A stretch of 64,000 nucleotides of DNA from Candidatus Poribacteria bacterium (GCA_965222225.1 CBDCTK010000002.1:224001-288000), one strand, 5' to 3'. Counted from the first letter of the stretch, positions 30,207-41,144 are shown. Numbers and translations: made by a program. Notes: generated from the sequence alone by a model not told the origin.

Positions 30207-30998
30207 TTAGCCTTCAGACTCTTCAAAGAGTGATGGAAAGTGTCGCAGCGGATCTCCGGGGACACGGAAGAGAATCTTCTGCCGTGGCGTGAGTTCCACG
30301 CTTGTCGGTGGCTGAACGCGTTCCGATTTCCATGCTATATGTGACACGCAGTATTTATAGAGAAGAGATCGGCGTTCATGCTTTGCCGTCCAAGCCGCCG
30401 TTCCGTGAGTCAATGCCTCAGTAAAGAGGATTACCGAACCTGCCGGCGTGTTCGGAACGACAATACAGCGCGCTTTTTCGGGCGCATCGCCTATCTGTTG
30501 CGGCAGCTTAAAGTTGCTTTTATGGCTGCCGGGGATACAACAGAACCCGTCATAGTCCGCTCCTGCGTCAGACATATTCCACGTGGCGACGACGAACCCA
30601 TTAACTATTTGATTGTCTCGAAAGGGGAAATATTCTCCCCTCCGGGCACCGGAGTTCGGTGCCGTAGCGCCGTAGTCGGCGTGGAGTCTTCCCCTTTGCA
30701 TCCCCTCGCGCATACACATCCCATAAATCCGATCGAGCCGAAAAGCGTCGCCCAACCGAAACCTAAGGATTGGCAAAATCTTGGGGTGATCGAGTAGATC
30801 GCAGAACGGCTTTCCCCACTGTAGAAACCCTGGTCCTTCGGGGGCGCTCCCAAAACGTTGCGTTTGTCCCGGGGCAGGCAATTCCTGTTTGTCCAGCAGT
30901 TCGTTGAATCTTGAAACCTCCGTCTCGCTCAAGACATTCTCAATGACCAAGTAACCCTGTAGATCAAAGAGGTACTGCTGCATTTCAAGATCGCCCAT
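30207..30998 (-). CDS. PhyH-family dioxygenase
   Basis: YLFDLQGYLV, LHAD, CIPGSHKSNF, FTEALTHGT. Confidence 0.9.
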   Translation of the reverse strand: MGDLEMQQYLFDLQGYLVIENVLSETEVSRFNELLDKQELPAPGQTQRFGSAPEGPGFLQWGKPFCDLLDHPKILPILRFRLGDAFRLDRIYGMCMREGMQRGRLHADYGATAPNSGARRGEYFPFRDNQIVNGFVVATWNMSDAGADYDGFCCIPGSHKSNFKLPQQIGDAPEKARCIVVPNTPAGSVILFTEALTHGTAAWTAKHERRSLLYKYCVSHIAWKSERVQPPTSVELTPRQKILFRVPGDPLRHFPSLFEESEG

Positions 30999-31162
30999 GA
31001 TGTGCCCTCCTCTTACTTGTCGACTTTCACGGTTCTTCTGTAGTGCTTTTTAGCGGATTAGGAATCTCGTAGTTGCGCGTTTTTAGGTGACTCCTGTCAA
31101 AATCAGAGAGTGAAGATTGCTCTGTAGAGCAGAAATTATTCGAACGAACGCGCTATTACAGC

Positions 31163-31882
31163 TCATAATCCCGCATAAAGGCTATTGCTCGCCGCCAAAC
31201 TAATGCGCCGGGAATAGTGGTAGACGTGTGTTTCTACCGTATCCTGATTGTTATCAATTGGCGTGGATTCCTCCACGATGAAATCAGCGAAATGCGCTGC
31301 GTTGAAGGCGACAAAGGCAAGAGAGATTGAATCCACAAGCCTCTCATACCGCTTCCCAATATCGGGGAACGCCACGGGCCCCGTGTCGATTTGGTAAACG
31401 TTGTCCGATTTTCTTATATTCAGCGTTTTGACCGGGTACTCGATTATTGCTCGTAATTCTGTTTCGTCGTTGTGGATTTCTGTTTGCGCAACCACCGGGT
31501 GAAACTCATGCGTGAACCGAATGATCTCCTCCGCAGTAATCAGATTCTTGTAACTGGTGTGTTCTTGGAGATGTTGGGTGGGCCCACCAAACATGTCTGT
31601 CGTTTTCAGACAACTTCTATAATTGGGATTCAGCCACGCCTTACGCCGAAAGATTAACCCATATTCCGGCCCGAAGATAGGGAGAAAGTCATAGTTGTCT
31701 CTGAGAAACAGGTTTTGATCCGCAAATGTGTCCTCGCTCTTGCATGAAGCGCATTGGATGAAATCCTCTATTTTCCCTCTGCGTGTGTCAATTACACGCG
31801 TGCGAGATTCAACCCAGAATCTCACTTCATTCTCCGGATTTGTTCCGAGAAGGTAGGTCTTACTGTAATCCAGTGGTGTCAT
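31163..31882 (-). CDS. Hypothetical protein
   Basis: 239-aa ORF with protein-like composition (QCASCKSEDTF motif); family not recognised. Confidence 0.7.
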   Translation of the reverse strand: MTPLDYSKTYLLGTNPENEVRFWVESRTRVIDTRRGKIEDFIQCASCKSEDTFADQNLFLRDNYDFLPIFGPEYGLIFRRKAWLNPNYRSCLKTTDMFGGPTQHLQEHTSYKNLITAEEIIRFTHEFHPVVAQTEIHNDETELRAIIEYPVKTLNIRKSDNVYQIDTGPVAFPDIGKRYERLVDSISLAFVAFNAAHFADFIVEESTPIDNNQDTVETHVYHYSRRISLAASNSLYAGL

Positions 31883-32130
31883 TGTTATCTATGTTCACCC
31901 ATTTTTCGTTATAGCCCCGTAATGACGATCTCATTTCTTAAGCGTAAGGAACCGACTTATTTGTCGACAAGGGACTTGATTTGGAGGAGAATCCGATCGA
32001 TTCCTATAGGGGTTGAAAATCGTCAATTTTCTTCATTTAACGATTGTTATTCATTACCATACCAGCTGTGAAGAAAAACTCGGCTTCTGTGCCCCTGTCG
32101 GACAAAGGTGGCAACTTGGGTTAGTCTAAC

Positions 32131-32177
32131 AAAAAAGCACCCTTCAACTTTAATCTAATCCTGAAGGATGCTCTTTT
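32131..32177 (-). terminator. Rho-independent terminator downstream of fusA
   Basis: Minus strand AGCATCCTTCA...TGAAGGGTGCT stem followed by a T run. Confidence 0.65.
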
Positions 32178-32219
32178 GACTAGATTTCGGGATGTCAATT
32201 CTCGACCGCGTCACTCGTT

Positions 32220-34280
32220 TTACTCCTCCTTCGCCATGGCAACAACCTTTTGGGCGAGTTCATCGGGCACGATTTCGAAGCGGGAAAATTCCATCGTAAA
32301 ACTCCCACGGGCACTTGTTATCGATTTGAGGTCAATTGAATAACGGAGCATCTCCGCGAGCGGAACGGTGGCTTGAATCACTTGACGCTTGCCTAACTGC
32401 TCTACTCCCATCACTTGGCCTCGCTTGCTGTTCAGGTCGCCGATTATGTCACCCATGAACTGTTCGGGGACCGAGATTGAGACATCCATAATCGGCTCAA
32501 GCAACGCCGGAGTCGCTTGATCCGCTGCCGCCGAGAAGGCTAAAGAACCTGCCATCTGGAATGCAAAATCGGACGAATCGACAGGATGATACTTGCCATC
32601 GTAGAGTTCAATCTGCGTATCAACGAGCGGATAACCGGCAATAATTCCCTGTTCCATTTTGTTGCGGATTCCCTTTTCTACGGCGGGAATATAGTTCCTC
32701 GGAATTGAGCCGCCAACAATGCTATCTACAAATTCAAACCCACTGCCTCGTTCAAGCGGCGAAATATTTATCCAGCAGTCGCCAAATTGCCCACGGCCAC
32801 CGGATTGGCGTTTGTATCTTCCCTGAATCCCGCTCACACGTCTACGAATCGTCTCCCTATATGGGATCCTGGGGGGTTCAACGTCAGTTTCAACACCGAA
32901 TCGATCTTTCATTCGTTCGCGCGTGAGGCTGATGTGGAGCTCCCCCAAACCTGAAACCAGGAGTTGTGAAGTGATTTCATTTCGCTCAAGCCTGAAGGTC
33001 GGGTCTTCTTCTGTCATTCTATTCAAGGTTGATATGAGTTTCTCATCATCGCCCTCCCGCAGAGGTTTGACGGCAAATGAAATCACGGGTATCGGAAATT
33101 CAATTCTGGGAAGCTGAATTGCATTACCTGTCTCGCACCACGTGTCTCCAGTCTGTGTAATGGAGAGTTTGGGGACGACTCCGATATCACCGGCAACCAC
33201 TTGGGCGGTGCTTATGGAACTGTTTCCGTGATTGAAAGCAAGCTTTCCAATCTTCTCGTTTTCTCCTCTCGTCGAATTGAAGACTTGGGAATCCCCTTTT
33301 AGAATCCCAGAGTAGACCCGAAAGAACGTGAGGCGTCCCGAGAACGGGTCAGCCATCGTCTTGAAAACGAGAGTAGACATCGGTGCGTCCGGCGAAGCAT
33401 CAAGAGTCGTTTCATCATCGACACTCTTAATGGGTTTGGCATTGGCGGGAGTCGGGAAGCAGTTTACTATGGCATCCATCAATTGTTGAACGCCGATATT
33501 TTCTAGGGCGGCGCCACAGAGCACCGGCACAATCTTGCCACTAGAAATACCCGACTGTAAGCCAACGCTAATCTCCTCATCCGTCAACTCGCCTTCAAAG
33601 AATTTCTCAATCAACTCATCGTCACCCTCCGCGGCAACCTCAACAAGCTGTTCGCGATATTCCACAGCCTGTGCTTCAAGATCGGATGGAATCTCCGATT
33701 TCGGCGCCGGTTTGTTGTCATCAGGCTTCGTGAACGCGCTCATCTGAACAAGATCTGCTACCCCCGTGAATTTGTCTTCTGCACCAATCGGAAGTTGTAC
33801 GACGGTTGCGCTTACCTCTAAAATTTCCTCAACACTTGCTAACGCAGTTTCAAAGTTGGCGTTCTCCTTGTCCATTTTATTAACAAAGATTAGCCGTGGT
33901 AGATTATACTTATCCGCAATTTCCCAGACCTTTTCCGTGCCTCCCTCTACGCCGGTTGTTGCGTCAATCACCACGACGACAGCGTCAGAAACGCGGAGAA
34001 CACTCTCAAGATCGCCGTAGAAATCTTCTGCTCCCGGTGTATCAATGATATTTAACTTGTGTTCGTTCCATTCTGCAATACATACTGAACAGTTAAGTGT
34101 TGTTTTACGTTCTATTTCGTCCGGAGAGTAATCGGCTACGGTGTTCCCTTGGTCGACATGCCCCATTCTCTCAACTGCGCCGCCGTTATAGAGCATAGCC
34201 TCAATTAGCGAAGTCTTTCCCGCGCCGGAATGTGCAATTACTCCGATGTTTCGAATCTGTTCTGTTCGGTATTCTCTCAT
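32220..34280 (-). CDS. fusA: Elongation factor G (stand-alone, EF-G2-like paralog)
   Basis: AHSGAGKTS, IDTPG, NKMD, RQSGGRGQFG, YHPVDSS; no rpsL/rpsG/tuf neighbours. Confidence 0.9.
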   Translation of the reverse strand: MREYRTEQIRNIGVIAHSGAGKTSLIEAMLYNGGAVERMGHVDQGNTVADYSPDEIERKTTLNCSVCIAEWNEHKLNIIDTPGAEDFYGDLESVLRVSDAVVVVIDATTGVEGGTEKVWEIADKYNLPRLIFVNKMDKENANFETALASVEEILEVSATVVQLPIGAEDKFTGVADLVQMSAFTKPDDNKPAPKSEIPSDLEAQAVEYREQLVEVAAEGDDELIEKFFEGELTDEEISVGLQSGISSGKIVPVLCGAALENIGVQQLMDAIVNCFPTPANAKPIKSVDDETTLDASPDAPMSTLVFKTMADPFSGRLTFFRVYSGILKGDSQVFNSTRGENEKIGKLAFNHGNSSISTAQVVAGDIGVVPKLSITQTGDTWCETGNAIQLPRIEFPIPVISFAVKPLREGDDEKLISTLNRMTEEDPTFRLERNEITSQLLVSGLGELHISLTRERMKDRFGVETDVEPPRIPYRETIRRRVSGIQGRYKRQSGGRGQFGDCWINISPLERGSGFEFVDSIVGGSIPRNYIPAVEKGIRNKMEQGIIAGYPLVDTQIELYDGKYHPVDSSDFAFQMAGSLAFSAAADQATPALLEPIMDVSISVPEQFMGDIIGDLNSKRGQVMGVEQLGKRQVIQATVPLAEMLRYSIDLKSITSARGSFTMEFSRFEIVPDELAQKVVAMAKEE

Positions 34281-34665
34281 GTTGTTGCGAGCTCTCCTTA
34301 TGGTGTCAATCTACCACAAAAGTTGCGTGAGTTTAGCACACGCCTATAGGAAAAGCAAGCCAAAATGTGTGCAATGAATCGGTCAGAGGCAAGCTTCAAT
34401 GTTGCATCAATCAGAGGCGTCATAGGTGCAAAACCTTAACAACTTAAAGACGAGAAGCCAAACAAGAAAACGGAGTAAGCATGCCGTATCAGATAATTTG
34501 GGAGTCCATAAGTTTAGGGGATCCGTCGCCAACCTACATCCACCGCACTCCACGATATAGAATTTCTACAACCTGCGTTGTTCAAGGGATGGTATACTTT
34601 GCTGTTAGTGGAAAATTGTCTATCGGTAAATTGATTGCGGTTCTTTTATTTGGAGGACAACAGCG

Positions 34666-35037
34666 ATGCAACAAATCTTCTTCTCTCTTGGTGCCGGTTT
34701 TGCTCTGCTCTCGGTAGCGATTGGTGCCTTTGCCGCCCATGCGCTGAAAACAAAGCTTTCGACGGAGATGTTGGCAATCTTCGAAATCGGCGCGCGTTAT
34801 CAGATGTATCATGCCTTGGGCCTGATTGCGATTGCTTGGGCTTTTTCCCAGTGGAACAGTCAACTCGTCCTCGCTGCAGGCTGGCTTTTTGTAGCCGGTA
34901 TTGCCATTTTTTCGGGTAGTCTCTACGCACTGAGTCTAACCGGCATCCGCCAACTCGGCGCGATTACGCCAATTGGTGGCTTGGCGTTCATTATTGGCTG
35001 GTTCTTGCTTGTTTTGGCGGCGTTGCGAAGTCAATGA
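34666..35037 (+). CDS. DUF423 family membrane protein
   Basis: GAFAAHAL, RYQMYHAL, FSGSLY, LGAITPIGG. Confidence 0.9.
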   Translation: MQQIFFSLGAGFALLSVAIGAFAAHALKTKLSTEMLAIFEIGARYQMYHALGLIAIAWAFSQWNSQLVLAAGWLFVAGIAIFSGSLYALSLTGIRQLGAITPIGGLAFIIGWFLLVLAALRSQ

Positions 35038-35082
35038 CTGAAACGATTTGGAATTATTCGTTTCGGCTGACAAGGATTCTAT

Positions 35083-36225
35083 ATGAAAATGCAAACACCA
35101 GTGATTAATTGGAATGAATGGCGGGGGCAGTTTCCGGTAACCGAGAACTATATCTACATGAATCACGCGGGAGTTGCTCCGCTATCTCTCCGTGCACGGA
35201 ATTCCATGCGAGAGTTTCTAAACGACGCTACCGATGACGGAGCTATACATTCGGAGGATTGGGCGGCGACAGCGGAAGCCTGCCGTCAATCGGCGGCGAA
35301 ACTGCTCCACGCCAACATCAATGAAATTGCGTTTATGAAAAACACCACACAGGGAATCCTTCTCGCGGCAAACGGGATCGATTGGCATGAGGGTGAAAAC
35401 GTCGTAACAACGGCAGTGGAATTTCCCGCGAACGTATACCCATGGTGGAGTTTGAAGGAACGGTACGGCGTAGAAACGCGGATGGTCGCCGAACGAGAAG
35501 GACGGATTTCCATTGATGAGCTTAAAGCTGCCATTGACTCACGCACTCGAGCGCTAACAATCAGCCATGTGGAGTTTGCATCCGGTTTTCGACACGATAT
35601 TCAGGCTATCGGGGAGATTTGTCGAGAGAAGGGCATTTGGTTCGTCGTGGACGCGATTCAAAGTGTCGGCGTGATTGACGTTGACGTGAAGGTTTGCTGC
35701 ATTGACATTTTAGCTGCCGACGGACATAAATGGTTGTGTGCACCCGAAGGTGCGGCAATCTTTTACTGTGCGGAGGAGCGACAAGATCGGCTGATTAACA
35801 CAAATCTTGGCTGGGCAGGTGTAGTCAATCCTCGAGATTTCCTCAATTACAATCTTACGCCGAAACCCGACGCAACACGATTTGAGGAGGGGTCGTACAA
35901 CAGCATAGGATTGTTTGGATTGCGCGCCGCAATTGATTTGCTCTTGGAGATTGGCGTGCCCCAAATTGAGAAGCGGGTAATGGATCTGACCGGACGCTTG
36001 ATTGACGGGCTCCAATCCAAAGGGTACCACGTCTCAACGCCAACGAAGGAATCGGAGAGATCCGGTATCGTTGTATTCCGCAGTGATCGCCACACGACAA
36101 CCGAACTTTACCTGCTACTCCAACGAGCTAACGTGGTTTTTGCCGAACGTGGAGGTTTGCGCCTGTCACCACACTATTATAACGCTACCGCAGAGATTGA
36201 ACAGATCTTAGATATTCTTCCGTAG
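35083..36225 (+). CDS. Class V PLP-dependent aminotransferase / cysteine desulfurase-like
   Basis: YMNHAGVAP, VDAIQSVG, DGHKWLCAPEG, RLSPHYYN. Confidence 0.9.
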   Translation: MKMQTPVINWNEWRGQFPVTENYIYMNHAGVAPLSLRARNSMREFLNDATDDGAIHSEDWAATAEACRQSAAKLLHANINEIAFMKNTTQGILLAANGIDWHEGENVVTTAVEFPANVYPWWSLKERYGVETRMVAEREGRISIDELKAAIDSRTRALTISHVEFASGFRHDIQAIGEICREKGIWFVVDAIQSVGVIDVDVKVCCIDILAADGHKWLCAPEGAAIFYCAEERQDRLINTNLGWAGVVNPRDFLNYNLTPKPDATRFEEGSYNSIGLFGLRAAIDLLLEIGVPQIEKRVMDLTGRLIDGLQSKGYHVSTPTKESERSGIVVFRSDRHTTTELYLLLQRANVVFAERGGLRLSPHYYNATAEIEQILDILP

Positions 36226-36349
36226 GCGATTTTGAATTGGCAATCCGCATTGACTATGATAGAATGTAGTTGCCGACGCGAATACGGCGAAACGATGAAA
36301 ATGCACAATTTTCTGGATACCTATTTTTGTCTTCAAGGAGCGATTTAGA

Positions 36350-37825
36350 TTGATTAAACTCAACTGGCGGCACTGTTGGATTCTGGCTCTCATATTTGGA
36401 TTAATTGGTTGCACTCCTCCCGGCAGCAGAAATAGAAAAATTCCACAAATAAATCTCACCGTCCAAAACACTCTGCCAATCCAACGAAGAGATGTCCCGG
36501 TTGTGGTTACTCTGAATGAATTAAGGAAAATCGCTCCCGACTTTTCATTTGACGCTTACCTCGTCGTTTCTGGCCAACCCTCGGAAGAAATCCCAAGTCA
36601 AGCAGACGATCTAAACTATGATGGGCAAAAAGATGAGCTAGTGTTCCTTGCCAATCTTGAACCCCAAGAAACCAAGGTATTTACAATCCGCTATACTCCG
36701 TACAACCCGGTGACAGTAATGCTTGGGTTTCATACGCGTACACGGGCGGGCATATTCCCGGAGTTGGGCGGCATAGCCGCGCTGGAATCCGAGCTAGCAG
36801 CCTATCGCCTCCTGCACAACGGAGCAATTCAGCCGTATGGCAAGAAAACAGATTTCTTGTTGAGTGTTGAATCGCGTTTCCAAGGTGATTTGGGATATCG
36901 GACATCCATCTCGCCCGAATTGCGCAGGGAATTTGACAAAAACAATGTTCCGATTTCCCAGAACACCGTGGTTGAGATTCTGAAACCGTACAGTAGTTGG
37001 GTAATACGTAATCAAGAAAATCAACAGACGTACTTAATCCGCAAAGATGAGGACGACCTAAAGATCTACAAGGGGGAGGAACTGTCCATTGATCGGTTGG
37101 TGCGTCAGACAAAGGACCAATCAAGTGCTTACGAGGCGGATATGATTCCGCTTGCTTCGGAAAAGGAGTTGATAGGTTGCGGTGGATTCGCGCTATGGGA
37201 TGAAAGAGAGCAGAAACTAATTGATCCAACTGAGGCAGTGGACTATGTACGGGTCATTGCCGACGGACCCATTAGATCGGTGGTCCAGCGGATTATTCCG
37301 TACTGGCGGCTCAGTGAAGGCGCTATTCGGCTGACATCAACGGTGATGATTTACGGTGGAAACCGTTGGATTGAACACCATATCGACATCCAAGGGCTCA
37401 CATCGAACCATTGGATTGCGACGGGGATTCCGGCTCTCGCTAACGGAGTTGGGAAAGATGGAGCCAACGGGTGGTTATGGACGTGGGGTGACACGAATAC
37501 TGCGTCATTCTCTAAAAAGTGTGGTATGGGCGTGATTTTCCCCACTGATCGATATCAGAGATTTGAGGATTTACCCTCGCTTGATTCCGGATCGGGTTCA
37601 ATAGTGGCGCTGCTGCGTCCAAATGAAAATGGCTTTCTAAGGTATTACGCTTTTTCGCTTTGGGGGGACGCAGTGGATGGTCTAGGTACAAAGGATGAGT
37701 TTGATGAGTACGCCCAAATCACTGCGGCCGCACTTAACACGCCTCCGGTGCTAAAACTATTGTCGGAAGAGTCTGAGAATGAAAGGAAGGGAAGTGAGGA
37801 GAACGACGAGCAGGCGAGTGAGTAA
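36350..37825 (+). CDS. Lipoprotein, DUF4861-like
   Basis: Lipobox LIGC; EIPSQADDLNYDGQKDELVF, ESELAAYR, GCGGFALW, ADGPIRSV. Confidence 0.7.
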   Translation: MIKLNWRHCWILALIFGLIGCTPPGSRNRKIPQINLTVQNTLPIQRRDVPVVVTLNELRKIAPDFSFDAYLVVSGQPSEEIPSQADDLNYDGQKDELVFLANLEPQETKVFTIRYTPYNPVTVMLGFHTRTRAGIFPELGGIAALESELAAYRLLHNGAIQPYGKKTDFLLSVESRFQGDLGYRTSISPELRREFDKNNVPISQNTVVEILKPYSSWVIRNQENQQTYLIRKDEDDLKIYKGEELSIDRLVRQTKDQSSAYEADMIPLASEKELIGCGGFALWDEREQKLIDPTEAVDYVRVIADGPIRSVVQRIIPYWRLSEGAIRLTSTVMIYGGNRWIEHHIDIQGLTSNHWIATGIPALANGVGKDGANGWLWTWGDTNTASFSKKCGMGVIFPTDRYQRFEDLPSLDSGSGSIVALLRPNENGFLRYYAFSLWGDAVDGLGTKDEFDEYAQITAAALNTPPVLKLLSEESENERKGSEENDEQASE

Positions 37826-38038
37826 ACCCGGTTTCTGTAGGATTGAGCTTTGCTCGCAATGAGAAGCCGCGACCAGGAGATTGGATCTCTATCGCACTCG
37901 CTGCCCACTCGATTAATCTCCTACAGTAGAGTTGTCGTAACAATCTTCTGCCATCATATCGCCTTCGTCTATTGACATGCAATCCATAATTTGTGTAAAT
38001 GTGAATGTAGAGGACTATAATTGCGAGGACGCGAAAAT

Positions 38039-38632
38039 ATGATTGATAAAGAGGAATGTCTAAGGATTCTTGCGAAATATCGGACGGATGAAGTGATGGT
38101 TACGAGCATGGGCACTACTATTCCGTGGAGTAAGTTTTCCGATCATCTGCTCGATTACGCTTCGGTGGGGAGCGCAATGGGACACGCGGCTGACTTTGCT
38201 CTCGGCATCGCTCTGGCACAGCCCGATCGAAAAGTGCTGACGCTCAACGGGGATGGGAGCATGTTGATGTGTCTGGGTACGCTTGCAACTATTGCGGGTC
38301 TGGAGAAGCCTGCTCGTAACTTCTATCTCTTTGTTTGTCACAATGGAACGTATGAGGTGACGGGCAATCAGCACATTCCGGGACGTTCAGGGTTTAGTTT
38401 TTCAACGATTGCCAAGGGGGTGGGGTTGGAGAAGGTTTACGACTTCAACACGGCAGAGTCGCTTGACGCATCTCTGCCGGATATTTTGAACGAGGATGGG
38501 CCCGCGCTCATCACTCTGGAGATGATACCCGCCAACGAGCCGCCGCCGCATCGAAGTCCGGATAATCCGGCGCGTTATCTGGCGGGCACTCTCGCGGAAT
38601 CGACACATGAGTTGAAGGACGCGCTGTCTTGA
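38039..38632 (+). CDS. TPP-binding decarboxylase beta subunit (sulfopyruvate/phosphonopyruvate decarboxylase-like)
   Basis: SAMGH, ALGIALAQPDRKV, and the GDGSMLM...N TPP motif. Confidence 0.8.
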   Translation: MIDKEECLRILAKYRTDEVMVTSMGTTIPWSKFSDHLLDYASVGSAMGHAADFALGIALAQPDRKVLTLNGDGSMLMCLGTLATIAGLEKPARNFYLFVCHNGTYEVTGNQHIPGRSGFSFSTIAKGVGLEKVYDFNTAESLDASLPDILNEDGPALITLEMIPANEPPPHRSPDNPARYLAGTLAESTHELKDALS

Positions 38633-38936
38633 TACGAAGAGAAGGCCTGATACCACGAAGCGTGTGAGCAATCAGAATGGCTCCAATCTGCTTTGCGAGT
38701 CAAATATATTTGAACGAGTCAACTCGTTTATTTGCTTATGTAAAATCTAGTTCATTGCAAGAATCCCATGAAATTAATGTGCGACTAATGGATTGGAATA
38801 ATGTAGGCCATTAGCCATCTGCAGTGTAGTCATGCGGTTTAACATTTAAGCTCCTTTGCGGTTAAAGGCTACAGTGGCCCACAAGAGCCAATAGCAAATA
38901 TCCATGGACAGCCTAACTAAATGAATTCAAAACTAA

Positions 38937-39980
38937 TAGGAGTTACGCAGTTGGCTGAAGCGTATAAAGAGGTTGTGCCAAATAAGCCCGTACCGCATCT
39001 CTGACAATAGAGAGTTTTGCATCAAACCAACTGATACCGGTATGATAGCAATAGTGCTCAATTCTCAGAAAGGCTCTCAGCGCTAAACCGATATGATTTC
39101 TTTGAGTGCGAGCAGAGCGCACTTGTGCGCGTTCAATGCCAACAAATTGCTTAATCCCGCGATGATATTCTTCTATTGTCCAAGACCATTCGGCATATTT
39201 GAGACGCGTCAATTCGTCCATCTGTAAATCATTCGTTGCCCAATATTCAATGTCACCTTCTGGAGTGTCAACCTTAAATACTCGAATCAATCCATAGCCT
39301 TTGAGATGGACAATTGTACCTGTTGATTCACTCGGAAGCGTACTCACCGGACGGTTACCGGAATAATCTTTACTGACAAGTCGGTTGGCAGCTAGACGAG
39401 TAAGCCACTTCCAACCATGACCTCGCACCGCTTTTAGATTCTTTAGACTGGCATACCAACTATCAAAACACACACATTCAGGAGCAAAACCGCGTGTTTT
39501 CGCTTCTTCAAGCATGGCGCGGAAATGCTCATTCTTCGTCAAGCCGTCTTTGGCTTTATCATAGATTCGATAATCACACGGAATATGTCTATCGCCATCC
39601 GTCCAGAGCAAAGTGACCAAGTTAATCCCATTCACAACTCGGTGGTGTTTCCCTGACCAGTGTTTTGTCACGAGTTCAATCTTTTGTGAATAAGGTTTAT
39701 CCAGAGTCGAGTCATCTATAACTAAAATTCCGGATTCTAATTTCACCTGATTTCTCGATTCTTGCCACAGTTTGCCAGTATCGGGTTCCTCTCGATGCAA
39801 GAGCCGTGTTATCGAATCGTGAGCCGGAGGATTATCAGCTTGGGGTTGAACTTTTTCCGATTCAAGACAACTGTAACTTTTCTGAGCGGCTACCAAGAAA
39901 TCAATATAGTCAGTGTCAGTATATTTAGGGGGATTCATACTCAAATTATAACCTATTTTCACTCAACTGCGTAACTCCTA
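38937..39980 (-). mobile_element. IS701-family insertion sequence
   Basis: Perfect 17-bp IRs taggagttacgcagttg (38937-38953) / caactgcgtaactccta (39964-39980); flanking actaa direct repeat. Confidence 0.9.
38943..39938 (-). CDS. IS701-family DDE transposase (intact)
   Basis: MNPPKYTDTDYIDFL, IDDSTLDKPY, FDSWYAS, WTIEEYHRGIKQ; the stop lies inside the IR. Confidence 0.9.
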   Translation of the reverse strand: MNPPKYTDTDYIDFLVAAQKSYSCLESEKVQPQADNPPAHDSITRLLHREEPDTGKLWQESRNQVKLESGILVIDDSTLDKPYSQKIELVTKHWSGKHHRVVNGINLVTLLWTDGDRHIPCDYRIYDKAKDGLTKNEHFRAMLEEAKTRGFAPECVCFDSWYASLKNLKAVRGHGWKWLTRLAANRLVSKDYSGNRPVSTLPSESTGTIVHLKGYGLIRVFKVDTPEGDIEYWATNDLQMDELTRLKYAEWSWTIEEYHRGIKQFVGIERAQVRSARTQRNHIGLALRAFLRIEHYCYHTGISWFDAKLSIVRDAVRAYLAQPLYTLQPTA

Positions 39981-40193
39981 ACTAAATGAATTCAATCAGT
40001 ATGGGTTGCGGAAAAGCATATTGACCAACAACACGAACAACAAGCAAGTATAATCGTGCATTCTTGACTCTTTTGCCTAAGCACAAGTATAAGAAACACC
40101 AAGGACCAAGACAAACCAGATTCTTGGAACTCTACAGTCCTTGCCTTTAAGCCACCCGTGAGCCTGCGAGTGTAAATCGTAGTGTAGGTCCTT

Positions 40194-41144
40194 CTATTCC
40201 AAGATTTTCGACACCGTATAATCTTTGGATTTTCGATCCTGCATAAAAACAATAATCTCGCCGAGCAGACCGATGGAAATCAGTTGAACGCCCATAACCA
40301 TCAATAAAACTCCCAAGATGAGAAATGGACGCCCTACGAGGGTTTCGTGACCCAATAGCTGAAGGACAACCGTAACAGCTGCAATCAGTCCTCCCGCACC
40401 AAATAGCCCGGAACCAAGCAACCCAAAAAACCTAAAAGGTCTTTTCGTAAACTTGAAAAGGAAGAATAGGGTTAGGAGATCAAGTAACCTCTTCAAGCAG
40501 ATTCCGGGATGGCTTACCCTTCGGTTCTTGTCAGTTTCGCTTTGCCGTACCGGCACCTCCACAATTTTAAAGCCTCGCTGATAAGCCAAAAACGGCAGAA
40601 ATCGGTGAAGATCGCCGTAGAGCCGAACTTCCGCCGCAACCTCTCGCCTCATTACGCGCAGTCGGCAGCCGATGTCATGATATTTCAACTTGGTCAGCAT
40701 TCGTGTAAGCCGATGGAAAACCCAAGACTGAAGCCGATTGAAAACCGAGTCAATTCGGGGCTCTCGCCGCGATATTACCAAGTCGCATTCTCCCTCGCCG
40801 AATTCTTGAAGTACGCGACCAATTTCAGCCGGTTCGACCTGTAAATAAGGTGCGAGTGTCAGAATGGTTGAACCCTGAGCATGCTCAAATCCGATAGCGA
40901 GGGCAGTTGCTTCACCAACCCTCCGATTCGTTGTGATAACTTCAAGTTGTGCAAACTCGCTCTTCAAACCCTTTAAGATTTCGAGTGCCGCGAGAATATC
41001 ACCATCCAAGACAAAGATGAGTTCGTAAGAATAGTTATTTGTTGAGAGCACCTCCGCATATTGAAGGTAGAGTTTCCGAAGGTCATCATACCGCTCAGAT
41101 ATTGGAATTATGACCGAAAGCGTGACTGTATTCTCAGACTGCAT
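40194..41144 (-). CDS. GT2 glycosyltransferase (ArnC/DPM-like, degenerate DxD)
   Basis: LSVIIP, ELIFVLDG, LYGDLHRFLP, two C-terminal TMs; LAPYLQ replaces MDGDLQ. Confidence 0.8.
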   Translation of the reverse strand: MQSENTVTLSVIIPISERYDDLRKLYLQYAEVLSTNNYSYELIFVLDGDILAALEILKGLKSEFAQLEVITTNRRVGEATALAIGFEHAQGSTILTLAPYLQVEPAEIGRVLQEFGEGECDLVISRREPRIDSVFNRLQSWVFHRLTRMLTKLKYHDIGCRLRVMRREVAAEVRLYGDLHRFLPFLAYQRGFKIVEVPVRQSETDKNRRVSHPGICLKRLLDLLTLFFLFKFTKRPFRFFGLLGSGLFGAGGLIAAVTVVLQLLGHETLVGRPFLILGVLLMVMGVQLISIGLLGEIIVFMQDRKSKDYTVSKILE

